A stretch of DNA of 64,000 nt from Lepidodermella squamata (taxonomy: Eukaryota; Animalia; Gastrotricha), in the NCBI GenBank assembly GCA_047495785.1, contig JBLDXI010000016.1:124001-188000 (forward strand). Direction: 5' to 3'. This document shows, in pieces, positions 48,057 through 60,658 of this stretch. The stretch's first letter is position 1. The number at the start of each line of letters is the position of its first letter. The position numbers and the translations under genes were made by a program. The notes below the pieces were generated by a model that ran no database searches, had not been told where the DNA came from, and saw only the letters and a program-made list of their open reading frames with translations.

Positions 48057-51000
48057 ATGAACAGATTGTTCATAATTTGCCTAACCGCGACGTTTAGCTT
48101 AGCAACATCGGAAAACGCTACTCAAGGTGACCACAAAATTAAAACCCTAATCGTGTCCTTCGATGGGTTCGCCTCGGTCTACCTAGCTAAACGGTCGTTC
48201 TACCTGCCGTGGTTCGACCACTTCCGCCAGACTGGCGTTTATTCCGATACGATTCGATCGATTTTCCCGAGCGAAACTTTCCCGAACCATTACTCAATCG
48301 TAACCGGCCTATACGCGGAATCGCACGGATTGGTCGGCAATCAAATCTACGACCCTAATAAATCGGAAGAGCCGCACTTTTTTATGAACTCGACCTCGTT
48401 AAGCTGGTGGGGCGATAATGGCAACCGCGTGAAGGTCGAACCGATTTGGGTGACTGCGAAACGGAAGTTAGGACTAAGGACGGCGATTTCCGCTTGGCCA
48501 GGCGGGACTGTTTCGTATTCCGATGATTTTAAGGTGGATTTCACGCGACCTTGGGACACTTCAATCCCGTTTCGAAGCCGGGTCGATGACATGGTTCAGC
48601 TGATGACGAGTCAAAACGTCGACCTAGGATTCCTATACCATTTCAACCCGGACCAAACAGGCCATGCCAAGGGCGTTTCTGGGCCTAGTATGGCGAGCGA
48701 ACTCATGCGTGTCGATTGGCTGTTGAGCTATTTAGTCCTCGCGACAGAACGAGCCGGGCTAACTAAGGATCGGTTGAATTTGATCATTTGTTCCGATCAC
48801 GGCATGGTTAATGTTGAGCGGCACGTTTTCCTCGAGGATTACATCAATGTTGGCACGAAAATTCACAGCTTTTCACGGTCGGGTGGTTACGCGTCGATTT
48901 GGCCGAAGTTCGGCCAGACTGATAATGTCTATTTGACGCTGAAGCGAGTCGCAGATCGCAGTGGCGGCATGTGGAGTGTCTATAGGAAAAGCCGCATTCC
49001 TGAGCGGTTTCATTACCGGTACAATGATAGGATAGCGCCCATTTTGGCCTTAGGATCGCCTGGAACCTTCATTGCGCTGGTAAGTTGCTATTTATGATAA
49101 TTAGGAATTATCCTATGGGAGTTAGGAATTAGTAGGAATATTAAGAATTATTATAGGAATTAGGAATATGAATCAAAGTGCAAATAATATTAGGAATTAA
49201 TATTAGGAATGTTAGGAATTATTAGGAATTAGGAATTTTAATAATTGCTTAATAATTATTAAGCTCTCAATTTGTTATTTTTCTGGAATTTTTTTAAGCC
49301 GCGAAATGTCATTTTTTAAGTAACCAATAAATACGTTGTCCGGTTTTCCGATAGTTAAATGAGAAAATTCGGGAATTTATTGCAACAAATGCAATCTTTT
49401 TCTTCTTTTCATCCAACCAACGTTTTTCATGAAAATTCCCAAATTCCTATCAAGTTTTAACCTTAGATTTGCGGCTTATAATATCCTATCAAAAGTTATT
49501 CGATGACATAAGCACTTTAAAAAAGATCCTGCCGGGCGAGATACGTACATAGGCCTACGCTGGGATATATCGTTAGCGTCGTTGAATAACTCGAATTTAG
49601 GCCTGTTTTACGTCGCTTTCTAAGTGACGGGTTTCAAGTACAAAGCGGCGTTTTACGTGACTGAAGAGGCAAAGATAAATGACATTTTATTTGTCACCCG
49701 TCACTTTGAAATTGAGGTATTCAAGGTAAACAAGCCTAAATTCGAGTTCAACGACGCTAATGATAAATAGGCGAAAATGATAATTAGCCTTGACCATGAT
49801 AGAAAGATGTGAAAAATTATAATGGAAAAAATATAAAGGAAAAATGTTTATCTCAGATGTTGTTCAAATTTAAAAATAGAATAATAATCTCGATATATTT
49901 CGATAAATTAATAATCCACAAAAAAATGAAATTATCAACACGATTTATGAAAAGTTGGTACTATTTATATTTCGTTAGCGACGCGCCAAAACAACCACTT
50001 TGATGACTTCGATCGTACTTTGAGGAGCCGAACGTGAAGAAGGAGTACGTTCGGCTTTTTGAGCACTGATCGTACTCATCGTAATTTGAATTTACGTTCA
50101 AGAGTCGAACGTACTTTCCATAAAAAAGCTATAAATAGTAAAGTGGTTGTTTTGGCGCGTCGCTAACGATTTTATTTTTGCGTAACTGAGGTGCCTTAGA
50201 ACGAACCTGGATTTTGTAAAGGTTACATTTGCAAGTATGTTCGCCAATGAACAATGGTATCTCCGGGAACTTCTTGAAAATCAGGGTAGAGTATATAACC
50301 AACTCTTGCTTAAATTCAATCAAAATTATGCTTCGAAAAATTCTGATAATCCTCAAATAAATAAATAAATTAGGATTTATTGCTTAATATTTCCGATTTG
50401 TTTTATTATCAAGATATTATCATATAATATTAGAATATTCACATGAACACCAGTCACGTGACCTTGGCGATCTCATGCCCGAGAAACAAGAGAGCATGAA
50501 TCCACATCAGGCTATAAATTCACAAAATAACGTTATCCGCATATTTTTACGACCAAATTGCTATCGCTAATACCCGAATTTCGATCGGAATCCGATGCAT
50601 TTTGAATGTTGCCACCTTAAAATAGGCTGAAAGCTTCAAAGGCTCTAGGTCATCGCGAAACGAATGGGGCACTGATTTTCACATATTTTTATCATTCTTT
50701 TTTCACAAAGAGTGTGGCGATATTATTTTTAGACACCCTTAGATTGAGGTACCTTAATTAGCTTTTTTAGTACTAAATTTCCAAAATAGGTTGGGCCAAA
50801 ATTTTTCCTTCTAAAATTTTTAAATTTTTCTGTTCTGGTCTTTTTCAGACACGAGAGCAACGCGCGGAGAAAGTAGGCTACGTCGGGGTTCACGGCTACG
50901 ACCCAGACTGGCCTGAGATGCGGCCGATATTCATGGCACGAGGCCCGGCTTTCCGCGAAAACACCTACGAAGACCGAGCCGAAAAGGCCTCAACCTGGTA

Positions 51001-51400
51001 CTCGGTCCACGTCAACAGCTACGACGCCGCAATTCGCGCAACTGTGGCGACGTATTTCAACGACTCGCAATTTAACCTAGAAAATGAGACAACCACACAA
51101 TCGAAACCGGTAACGACAACGCTGAGCACTACAACGCGACGCGGCGATGAAGTTGTGCTGGAAACTAAGGATTTATACGCCCTAATAGCGCATTGTATAG
51201 GCCTTAGTTCGGAGATGCTGCCGCCTAATAATGCTTCTCTGACCCATTTCACCGAATTGTTACGGCCGGTTGACGAGCAGCCGTCGGATTACGATACTTT
51301 AACAACGACTGAACTAACTTCGAGCGCGTTAAGGATTGGATTAGGGTCTTTAGTTCATCTGTATCAAATTGTTTATTCTTTGTTGATATTATTGTGGTAG
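48057..51400 (+). CDS. Ectonucleotide pyrophosphatase/phosphodiesterase (ENPP4/5/6/7-like); intron 49080-50848
   Basis: Signal peptide, VSFDGF, SETFPNHYSIVTGLYAESHG.VGN (catalytic Thr), PD..GH..G, SDHGM, GVHGYD...MRPIF.ARGP.F, hydrophobic C-terminus. Confidence 0.93.
49100..49240 (+). repeat. Degenerate TTAGGAA(TTA) minisatellite
   Basis: About 10 ttaggaat units at the start of the ENPP intron. Confidence 0.7.
49569..49764. mobile_element. Small MITE in the ENPP intron
   Basis: ttagcgtcgttgaataactcgaatttaggc / gcctaaattcgagttcaacgacgctaa. Confidence 0.75.
49973..50168. mobile_element. Small MITE in the ENPP intron
   Basis: 29-bp perfect TIR cgttagcgacgcgccaaaacaaccacttt. Confidence 0.85.
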
Positions 51401-51670
51401 ACTATTTGTATGCCTTCGCTCGTTATGTTCGCCGCAACCCAGCGCTCAATTAGAGACTATGAGAAAAATCCTGTTTCGTTTCTATTTTTTTGTTCGTTTC
51501 CGTTCGGTAATTTGTGTTTCTTTCTCGCGTTTGATACTCATGTAAATTGAAGAAATAAAAGAGAATTATTTATTTCCGAAAATTCGCTAAATAAGATAGA
51601 TGAAAGATGAAAACAGAATTTAAGAGAAAAAATACAATTTTTAAGACGGATTTTTCTGAATTTTTTCTAT

Positions 51671-54216
51671 TTAGAAAACGCCAGCTTGCATGAGGCAGAA
51701 AATAGCGACACCGATGAAAAGGCCGAGAAAGAAGAAGAACATGACGATTTCGATGATGCTAGCGAGGCGCATCTTGCCGACCTTTTTGTAAGCGCGTTCC
51801 GTGAAGCAGCTGACGAACCAGAAGATGATGATGGCGTAGACGGTGCTGAGGCCGCACACGAGAGCCAGCAGTTGGATGAAATAGTTGAGGAGAACGAATT
51901 GCGGAGTCTTCGGAATCTGGGCCAACACCTGGGATTGCCCTGAAATTTCAAACCGTAAAATTTGAATTTTTTTATTTTCGAAAATTTTCAAATTTTTTCA
52001 AATTGAAATTGAACGTGGGGCGTCAACTCATCCGCGGTCAACTCGTCCGCGACAACTCATCCGCGACAACTCATCCGTGGACAACTCATCCGAAATTAAA
52101 TAAATATTTAAATAATTATTTTTAGTGACAACTCATCCGGTGACAACTGGTCCGGCCCGGCCGAGTTGTCGCGGATGAGTTGTCACTAAAATTGAATAAA
52201 TAATTATTTTTTAATTATTTAAATTCTGGGACAACTCGTCTACGGACAAGTCATCCGCGCCAACTCATCCTGAATTTACCATCAAATGTTATATTTCGAA
52301 TTTCGGATGAAGTGACCGTGAACGAGTTGTCCCAGAATTTAAATAATTAAAAAATAATTATTTATTTAATTTTAGTGACAACTCATCCGCGACAACTCGG
52401 CCGGGCCGGACCAGTTGTCACCGGATGAGTTGTCACTAAAAATAATTATTTAAATATTTATTTAATTTCGGATGAGTTGTCCACGGATGAGTTGTCGCGG
52501 ATGACTTGTCACCGGATGACTTGTCGCGGACGAGTTGACATTTCACCGAAATTGAAATTTCGAAAATTTCGGAAATTTTCAAATTTCAGAATTATCGAAT
52601 TTTTGTAATTTTCCAAATGAAAATTTCAAAACTTGAAATTGAAATATTGCAATTTTTAATATTTTCGAAATTTTGAAATTTTGAAATTTTCAATTTCATT
52701 TTATTTTTTACTTTTTCGAAATTATTTATTTTTATTTAAATTTAATTCGACTTTTTATTTTTACTCACCAACTGCAAAAGCAAGAAGGAGATAGACACTG
52801 AAGCAGACTCGATCGCTCTCGCTTGGCGGGATCAAGAAAGCAACCAGCTCCAAAACAGCCAAAACAACGCAAGGTGCCAGTAAGTTGTTGATAAAGTAGT
52901 CTGGCTTTCGTTTGAAAGTCACATAAAACACAGCCTGGCTAACAGTGTCATCGCCATCTGGCTGCGTGTCGTTGATTTCAATTCTGTACGACACAAAGGT
53001 CCAACCATCGACCGAGCTTGCCTTATTGACGAGAAGCGGCGTGAAAATAACGTCGGCAAATCGAATCAGGTTAACAGCCTCGACCAGGTAGAACTGGAAC
53101 GGGCATACTTGAGTGTCCCATGGGAATTTGCGGAGATCGAGGTTGCAAACTGCCTTGAAGACGCCACGGCGTTTCCAGTAGAAGGATAACGATCGATTTT
53201 GTGGGGCGGTGTTCGGCTGGAATAGGATTTCCATGCGATTCGAGAATAAGTCGCTTTTCATTGATATGTCGTCCAGGGCGTTTCGAAAGCTGATTGCAGG
53301 GTGCCAGACGTCGTCGGGGTTCTGTACCATGACTCGCTCAGGTTGGTCTGAGGTATAACCCGGGGCCGTAGTAGTTCGGGAGCAAGTGTTTACCTAGTCA
53401 CAAAAGGGACTTAGAGCTTCGTCAGGGGTCAACCATCGAAAACGTCTCGGTTTCAGGGCTCAGGGCTATCGAATTCCGGAATTTCCCCACCTTTCTAGGG
53501 AAATCTCATAACTTATGGATAGAACGTTTATTCAAGATTCATTTCGCGCTAAAACCGACGGAAAATGGGAAAGTAAGCCTTTGACATTGATTGCTGGAAA
53601 ATCGAATATCTTTCAGGCAGCTTCCATCGACTGAGGTCAAAGGCAAACTTTCGAATCCATTGTCGGTTATTCTTCAGAATTGAAGCTCGATCGACGCTCT
53701 ATTCAAGGGTTATAGGATTGAGACTTTCTCCACTTTTCTTCGCCTATCTAATTGGGGCCATTAACGTTAGTTCATAGGAAACTGATTGGAGCTCATTTTC
53801 GAATGAAAACCGACAACATTTTGGTCAATTTGTCTTTGAGAAATATGCTGCGAAGCTAACGGCTTACCTGCCACTTGATGTACAAAGCCGCTGTTACTGA
53901 AATCAATTCATTGACGTCGTCGATCCCAACAAAGCGGTCGATTGCGAATTCGACTTGTGCTTTGGCCGCTTCGCCTTTGTTGTAGGTCGGCGGGCTTCTG
54001 TTCGCTGGGGAGATGTCGTTGCATTGCGCCACCAGGGTCGAAGCATTCATGCTAGAATAAGGCTGGGCCAGGGGCAGCTTAGGGATGTCCAACGTTTGAG
54101 CCATAACTAATTCGAAGGTGATACAATAAAAGGTTGTTAAATTGAATTGATCACAAATTACCGCTTGTTGAAGCGAAAGTGGCTAGCAGAATCCTTAAGA
54201 AGGGCTTCCCAAGCAT
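51671..54216 (-). CDS. Divergent Cys-loop ligand-gated ion channel subunit, intron-containing (exons 54216-54162, 54106-53868, 53393-52769, 51939-51671)
   Basis: Signal exon MLGKPFLRILLATFASTSV; VWHP.I.F.NA, Cys-loop CNLDLRKFPWDTQVC, F.RKP.YFI.NLL.PC, M1-M4 with a very short M3-M4 loop. Confidence 0.88.
52022..52539. mobile_element. Foldback element built from GACAACTCATCCG units
   Basis: ~220-bp arms that are reverse complements of each other, each also internally palindromic; lies in intron 3 of the channel gene. Confidence 0.9.
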
Positions 54217-55291
54217 TTTTCACTGATGGCGGTGACAAATTTTAACTTCTCTCCTCAAGAAGCTTCTTTCTAGAAGAGAAACGACATACCAGGCGCTGAA
54301 GACACTTTGAAAGGTAAATAAACTTGCGACTTGTTTGATTAGAGCTGCATTTTAATTGCAAATCCAACTGGGGACTGCGCTGATTTCGTTTTCCTGCGAT
54401 GTTTGTTCGTTATTAGCACTGAGCAAGCATATCGTTTGGCGGAATTCGGGCATGCGCTGATGAGCAGCGAAAATTCTACGAAAAAAAATAATGAACACTC
54501 ATGGGTTCAATAATTATCTCAGTGAAAACTATTACAATTGCTAAATCTTAATACCTCTAAATATAACTAGGAGCACAAATTTGTTTCATTTGTCATTTAT
54601 TAAGTTGGCAGGAATCTGGCTTTTAAAGTATGTTACGCGAAGTCATGCCCTTTCCTGAGACGTTCTAAGCGGGATTCTTCTCCAGCTCTTCTTCAAACCG
54701 CGTTTACCATAATATGGAACCTCCTTAACTAGTGCTGCTGTTTTAAATTGCGCTGTTTTGAGCTGGGTATTAGTCTAAGCGCAATTAAAATTTCCTGTTG
54801 TGGAGCCAAATTTTGAACTGGAAGCAGAAATATGGGTAACGAATACAACGGAAACCTACGAAATCCGTTGGTATACATTTAAACGTACAGTTATTTCAGG
54901 ATTCCTTGTTCAGGACGCGTCACAGCTGTGATCCAAAGAAGTCGCTTTTGGATAAACTGGTTTTAACCACTCTACCACTAAAACGCGAACAGCGTTCCGT
55001 TATGCGATTGATTTTTTCTAGCTTTTATCTGAGAAGATCCACCGTAAAAAACTAAGTCTGATCCGAAGTGAAAAGCCTTTTATTCTTGTTTCTGTCTTCT
55101 CTTCAAAATAAGGGTACGATGCATCATGGCATGGATTTTCTCATATCAAAAACAGCAGACTCTTATGAAAAACTTGAAAAAGTTAGCTGACAGAATCATA
55201 TTTTCAAAACAGTTCGTCACCTGTTGATGTCAGAAAGGATAGAAGAATAAGAATGAAGCAGTGTGCTAAAGTTGTACATAATCATGCTAGG

Positions 55292-56440
55292 CTAAATGAA
55301 TCCAGCGCTTCTTGCCACCGCCAAGGCATATCCATTGATCGCAACAAAGCACGCGACGGTAACAGCAAGTGCAAGAAGATCGATGAACCTGCCAATCGAC
55401 ATCCTCGTTTTATCGATCCAAGGAAGGAATTTGGCTTGCTTCCTAAAAAATGATTTGTAAGCCCTAGTGAAGCCACACGAGGCTAACGAATAGATTGTGC
55501 AGGCCCACGCGAAGAGCGAGCATAGATCTGTGTAGTTACTCAAAAATATTCGCTGTGACTTGGGAGGAATTCGGCTCAGAATACTGCTTTGGAGAAAAGT
55601 CATAGCTAGCAGAATCGTAACAGTGAAAACCGGCCTGTCGGGAATATCCGGAAGTAGAAAGAACGAGGCAATCTCGAGGCTTGACAGAACCAAGCAAGGG
55701 ATCATCAGGTTGTAGATGTAAAACTCGGGCTTCCGCGCGAAGGAAAGCGTGAAATGAGCGGTACTACGATTTCCGAACACGTAGGTGTAGTTGTAACTTT
55801 GCTTCCAGCCATTATAGACCCACTCGAAACCAGGGCCCATGAAACTGCCATCAACCGCCGAATCAGGACTAGAAATGAATACCGAAGCGTTCTTGTTCTC
55901 TTGCAGGATGAACGATACAGTGCAAGCCTGCGTGTCGAAGGGGAAGAGACCGAAATCCATAGGGCAAAGAGACGTGAAAACACCCACTCGTTGCCAATAC
56001 ATTGCGAGAGAATATCTAGGAATCGTGCCATCACGGTATACAATCAGCCGATCAGTGAAGCCATTTGTCATGGAAAAGTCTGAAATCGCATTTTTGTGAT
56101 GTAGATGAGGTAGCCATACTAGCTCCCGCTGCACGTAGACATTGAAAGGCGGGGTTCTCGTGTAGTTCTCACAGGGCACTACCCACACCAAAGTCAGAGC
56201 ACCCGACATTGTCGTAGTCTCATCTGTGTCGATGATAGCGTGGAATCGATGCGGCTGGAAAACAATTTTTATTTGCTGGATTGTACAAGCCCCGGGAATG
56301 TCCCATAGGCCATGTGCACAGGTAGGACTGTAGGCGTAAGGTAACATGTGGCCGCATGATTCAAGCATTTCCAGGCCAATATCCTGTCCTGAAATGCCAG
56401 CCACCAGGTAAAAATATATAACAGCTGAATCAAACTTCAT
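55292..56440 (-). CDS. Intronless divergent Cys-loop channel subunit 1 (382 aa)
   Basis: Signal peptide, WLPHLHHKNA, Cys-loop CPMDFGLFPFDTQAC, RKPEFYIYNLMIPC, four TM segments. Confidence 0.93.
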   Translation of the reverse strand: MKFDSAVIYFYLVAGISGQDIGLEMLESCGHMLPYAYSPTCAHGLWDIPGACTIQQIKIVFQPHRFHAIIDTDETTTMSGALTLVWVVPCENYTRTPPFNVYVQRELVWLPHLHHKNAISDFSMTNGFTDRLIVYRDGTIPRYSLAMYWQRVGVFTSLCPMDFGLFPFDTQACTVSFILQENKNASVFISSPDSAVDGSFMGPGFEWVYNGWKQSYNYTYVFGNRSTAHFTLSFARKPEFYIYNLMIPCLVLSSLEIASFFLLPDIPDRPVFTVTILLAMTFLQSSILSRIPPKSQRIFLSNYTDLCSLFAWACTIYSLASCGFTRAYKSFFRKQAKFLPWIDKTRMSIGRFIDLLALAVTVACFVAINGYALAVARSAGFI

Positions 56441-57457
56441 TTAGAACGAATGAAAACTACACATCATTCGTAGCAAATTAATAAATTCTGTTGTATATCG
56501 ATCTTCCTAGTCCTAGATTGGCTGCCATTGTTTTCTTGCGTGCTAAAAACCGTATTCTTAGAACGCCCAGAATTCTGCATAACTTCTATTAGCTGATTAC
56601 CTGTATAATTTATTACATTTAAACGCATCATTCTTCTATGCGGAAACGAAGAGATTGATTTTGCGCATTTGGCAGACCCGCGGCTACACAACACATAGTG
56701 ATATGGCTTTATCGAAGCGACTCCCTGGGGACTCTTCATTGCACAACAGCTAGTGATGTTGCCAGGCACAGCGTATTCTGTTTTTAACTAAGTCAGCACA
56801 CGAGAGAGACAGGCTAAGAATACCCAGATCCCTAAATTTTAGGTTTCATAGCAGCATTTATCACAGAATACGAGTTCTACTTTTCTTCGTGAACCAATAA
56901 TTTTAACCAGTGCTATTGTTACACATAGAAGTTCTTGATCCTTTACCTGAGAATTTAGAATTCGCTTTTGGTACGTGAAATTGTAGGCCGGGTATGCAAG
57001 GTTGAAGTCCATTTTTTTTGCTGCGTCGATGTTGTGGTGGTGAGGTGGTGAATTTTGTTGTGGTAGTAGTTTTTGCAAATATTTTTTATTCATTTCCATC
57101 TAATTAATCAGCTAAAAAAATAACCGACCGCTCGACCGCACCACCATCACCACATAACAAGCCAAGAAAAAACATGGATGTGATTCATCACTGAGTTCAC
57201 TATGCTAAACACCACCTACAATGAGTATCTCCGACCTCACGAACTCAGCCAAGGTCTGCGATAGATGATTTCCGTGACAACGTTTCTTTATTCTTAAAAT
57301 TCATCTTAAAATTCAACCATAAAACCAAGATAATGATAAAATGTTATTTGGCGTTAGAAATCATATGATCTCTATGAAAAAATCGAGAATATAATGGGCA
57401 ATTACTGAATTGAAATGAAAGAAATCGGAGTTATTTTCTAACGAGTGCCTATAAGGT

Positions 57458-58606
57458 CTATATGAATCCCACGCTTCGAACAACCGTCAAGGCATAAACA
57501 TTGATTGCAAGAAAGAAAGCTGCAGTTACGCCGAGTGCGATGATATCGATGAATCTCCCAATCGTCATACCAGTCTTACGGCTGCAGGACATTAGTTTAG
57601 CTGGTTTCCTGAAGTAAGATTTATAGGTTCTCATGAAGCCACATGATGCCAATGAATAAATCGTGCAGGCCCATGCAAACAGCGAGCAAAGGTCCGTGTA
57701 GTTGCTTAGAAAAATCCGTTGTGGCTTCGGCGGGATTCGACCTATAATGCTGCCTTGCAGGAAGGTCATTGCCAGTAGAATAGTAACCGCAAAAACCGGT
57801 CGGTCCGGGATATCTGGAAGTAAAAAGAACGAAGCTATCTCTAAGCTGGACAAAACAAAGCAAGGGATCATCAGGTTGTATAGATAGAACTCAGGTTTTC
57901 GCTGGAAATGGAACGTAAAATGGGCTGAGCTTCGATTGCCAAACACGTTGATAAAATTTAAACTCTTGTTCCAGCCGAGGTAGGACCATTCTAATCCAGG
58001 GCCCATAAAATTTTCATCAACTGCTGAATCAGGGCTTGAGACGAAAACTGACGCTTTTCTGTGTTCCTGAAGAATAATTGACACAGTACAAGACTGCGTG
58101 TCGAAAGGAAAGAGGGCGAAATCCATGGGGCATAAAGATGTAAACACACCCACTCGCTGCCACAAGATGGTGATTGAATCATCTGGGGTGTTACCGTCCT
58201 TGAGTAGAATTTGTTTCTCACTGAAGCCACTCGTCATCGAAAAGTCTGAAATCGCGTTTTTGTGGTGCAAATGAGGCAGCCATGTCTGATCGCGTAAGGC
58301 GTAGATGTTATGTGGAGCTGGTCGGGTGTAGTTCTCGCAGGGTACAAACCACATTAGGGTCAAAGCTCCAGACATAGCCATAGTCTCATATGCGTCGATT
58401 ATCGCGTGAAAACGATGCGGGTTGAAAATTATTCGGATTTGTTGCGTTACACATTTCCCGGGAACATCCCATTCTCCAAGTGGACAGGTTGGGCTGTAAA
58501 CGTCTGGTAGCATGTTGCTACAGGATTCCAACATCTCCTGGCTTGGACCTTGGGCTGAACTGCTAGCTAGCACAATCGAAAGGGAGAAAAATAAGTTTGC
58601 AATCAT
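57458..58606 (-). CDS. Intronless divergent Cys-loop channel subunit 2
   Basis: ATG at MIANLFF (signal peptide); CPMDFALFPFDTQSC; most similar to subunit 1. Confidence 0.93.
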   Translation of the reverse strand: MIANLFFSLSIVLASSSAQGPSQEMLESCSNMLPDVYSPTCPLGEWDVPGKCVTQQIRIIFNPHRFHAIIDAYETMAMSGALTLMWFVPCENYTRPAPHNIYALRDQTWLPHLHHKNAISDFSMTSGFSEKQILLKDGNTPDDSITILWQRVGVFTSLCPMDFALFPFDTQSCTVSIILQEHRKASVFVSSPDSAVDENFMGPGLEWSYLGWNKSLNFINVFGNRSSAHFTFHFQRKPEFYLYNLMIPCFVLSSLEIASFFLLPDIPDRPVFAVTILLAMTFLQGSIIGRIPPKPQRIFLSNYTDLCSLFAWACTIYSLASCGFMRTYKSYFRKPAKLMSCSRKTGMTIGRFIDIIALGVTAAFFLAINVYALTVVRSVGFI

Positions 58607-59497
58607 TTTTGCTGAATGAACGGAAGGATGGTTATAGTTTGTTTTCTTTCTTGTAGATATCAATATCGATTATTGGCTTTCTTTAATTATTCCTCCGGTT
58701 CATAAACTGTCGGGGCTTGTCGAGGTTGAATTTCTGGGGGCAAACACTGAGGCACAATCTGCGAGATAAACATCACTTAGCGGCAAACTATTGGAAAAAT
58801 AAAATTGAAAACAGCTCGCTGAGTCAAAAAAGCGAATTTCCCGCAAAAATTAAACAATCAATTTTAATTTCAATCAACAAATTATTATTTCCACTTCCGC
58901 TAATCCGGTACAACTTTGAACACCTACGTCCCTGCAAACTTCAATATGCTGTGTAAATTCAACATATACGATTTTTGCCAGGTTTTAGTCGGCTCTCTGT
59001 TCTCTATGGAGCATAGTAGAGTCCAGTTAATGCGAACGAAGTCTATGAAAAACTCGAGACATTCTCCTCAAAGGCAAAATAATGAATTTCGTGTTCAAAG
59101 TTGTAATGGTGTTCAAAGTTGTACCGGCCACCCTTGCAACTTTGAGCACATGCCATTCTAAAACTACTCTATGGAAGGCTACTTTTGGCTACTTCTTCAG
59201 GGAAGTATAAGCTTGAATTCGCTGAGTTGGGGCGTGCGGATATCTGCTACGGTTATCACAGGACAACACTTCAAAGTAGACCAAAAACGTTGTTTTTACG
59301 GCATTTTTCAAAGAAGAGACTGTGTTGATAAAACTCGGCAAAATGTTAGACCTCAACGAGACCTATACTCAGTAAAATTACCAAGCCCGTGGTTTCAGAG
59401 CAAAGCTGATTTGCGTGAAATGTTCAAACTTGTACCTGTTCTAAGTTGTACCGGATTACGGTATTTCGAGAAAACATTCAACATGCGAAAAGTAAAG

Positions 59498-60658
59498 CTA
59501 AATGTATCCGGTATCTCGAGCAACCGAAATTGCATAGATATTGATTGCCAAATAGAAAATAATTGTGATTACGAGAGCGATCATATCGACGAATCTTCCC
59601 CTGCTCATGAAGCTATCATCACTATTTTTCAGAAATGGAACTCGCTTGCTGAACCACGGCTTATAAGCCCGCGTGAAACCGCACGATGCCAATGAGTAGA
59701 TGGTACAGGCCCACGAAAACAGCGAGCAGAGATCCGTGTAAGAACTCAGGAAAACTCGCTGTGGTTTCGGCGGAATTCGGCTAAGAATACTGCTTTGTAA
59801 AACTGTAAAAGCAAGAAGGATTGTCACAGTGAAAACCGGACGGTCGGGAATTTGCGGTAACAGGAAGAAAGCAGCGATTTCCAGGCTCGACAACACCAGA
59901 GATGGTATCATCAGATTATAGATGAAAAATGCAGGCTTCCGGCGTAGATAAAACGTAAAATGAGCAGCGCTTCGATTGCCGAATACATTGACGTAGCCAT
60001 AGCTGTGATTCCAACCAAGGTATGTCCATTCCAAGCTGGGGCCCATGAATTGGTCGTCAACAGCCGACGATGAGGATGGCACGAACTTAACAGCGTTTAG
60101 ATTTGGTTGTAATACGAAAGAAACAGTGCAATTTTGGGTGTCAAACGGGAAGAGGCCAAAGTCCATTGGGCAAAGTGAGGTGAAAACGCCAACTCGCTGC
60201 CAATAAACCCCGATATTGTTTTCAACAGAAGGATCGTGGTACAGCAGAGTTCGTGTTGTGAAGCCGTCTGACATCGAGAAGTCAGAAATAGCGTTCTTAT
60301 GATGGAAATGAGGCCGCCATAATTGTTCTGTTTCAACGATTGCTGTGACGAAATCAGGTCGAGAAAAGTTTCCGCATGCCGTTCGCCATTCAACTGAAAT
60401 TGCTCCTGAAAACGTCATCGTTTCATCGGAATTGACAACTGCGTGAAATCTGTGGGGTAATAAACCGATTTCGATTGCTACTGGGGTGCAATTTCGGAAA
60501 AGCTTCGTATCGCCGGATACACAGAGCGGAGCGTAATTGTTAGGCGACAGGTAGTCGCAAGACGATAAAATGTCTTCATGGATTCTCAGACATTTGCAAG
60601 TTGCAGACAGCAGACCAAAAACTGAAAAAACGAACAGGATTTGTTTACTCGTTGCCAT
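59498..60658 (-). CDS. Intronless divergent Cys-loop channel subunit 3
   Basis: ATG at MATSKQ (signal peptide); CPMDFGLFPFDTQNC; most similar to subunit 4. Confidence 0.93.
   Translation of the reverse strand: MATSKQILFVFSVFGLLSATCKCLRIHEDILSSCDYLSPNNYAPLCVSGDTKLFRNCTPVAIEIGLLPHRFHAVVNSDETMTFSGAISVEWRTACGNFSRPDFVTAIVETEQLWRPHFHHKNAISDFSMSDGFTTRTLLYHDPSVENNIGVYWQRVGVFTSLCPMDFGLFPFDTQNCTVSFVLQPNLNAVKFVPSSSSAVDDQFMGPSLEWTYLGWNHSYGYVNVFGNRSAAHFTFYLRRKPAFFIYNLMIPSLVLSSLEIAAFFLLPQIPDRPVFTVTILLAFTVLQSSILSRIPPKPQRVFLSSYTDLCSLFSWACTIYSLASCGFTRAYKPWFSKRVPFLKNSDDSFMSRGRFVDMIALVITIIFYLAINIYAISVARDTGYI

Noticed and set aside
51686-51943. Highly acidic 85-aa ORF on the + strand
   Set aside because: It is the antisense shadow of the hydrophobic M3-M4 exon of the channel gene.
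59171-59695. 174-aa + strand ORF
   Set aside because: Partly antisense to channel subunit 3, not conserved in the paralogous flanks, no motif.
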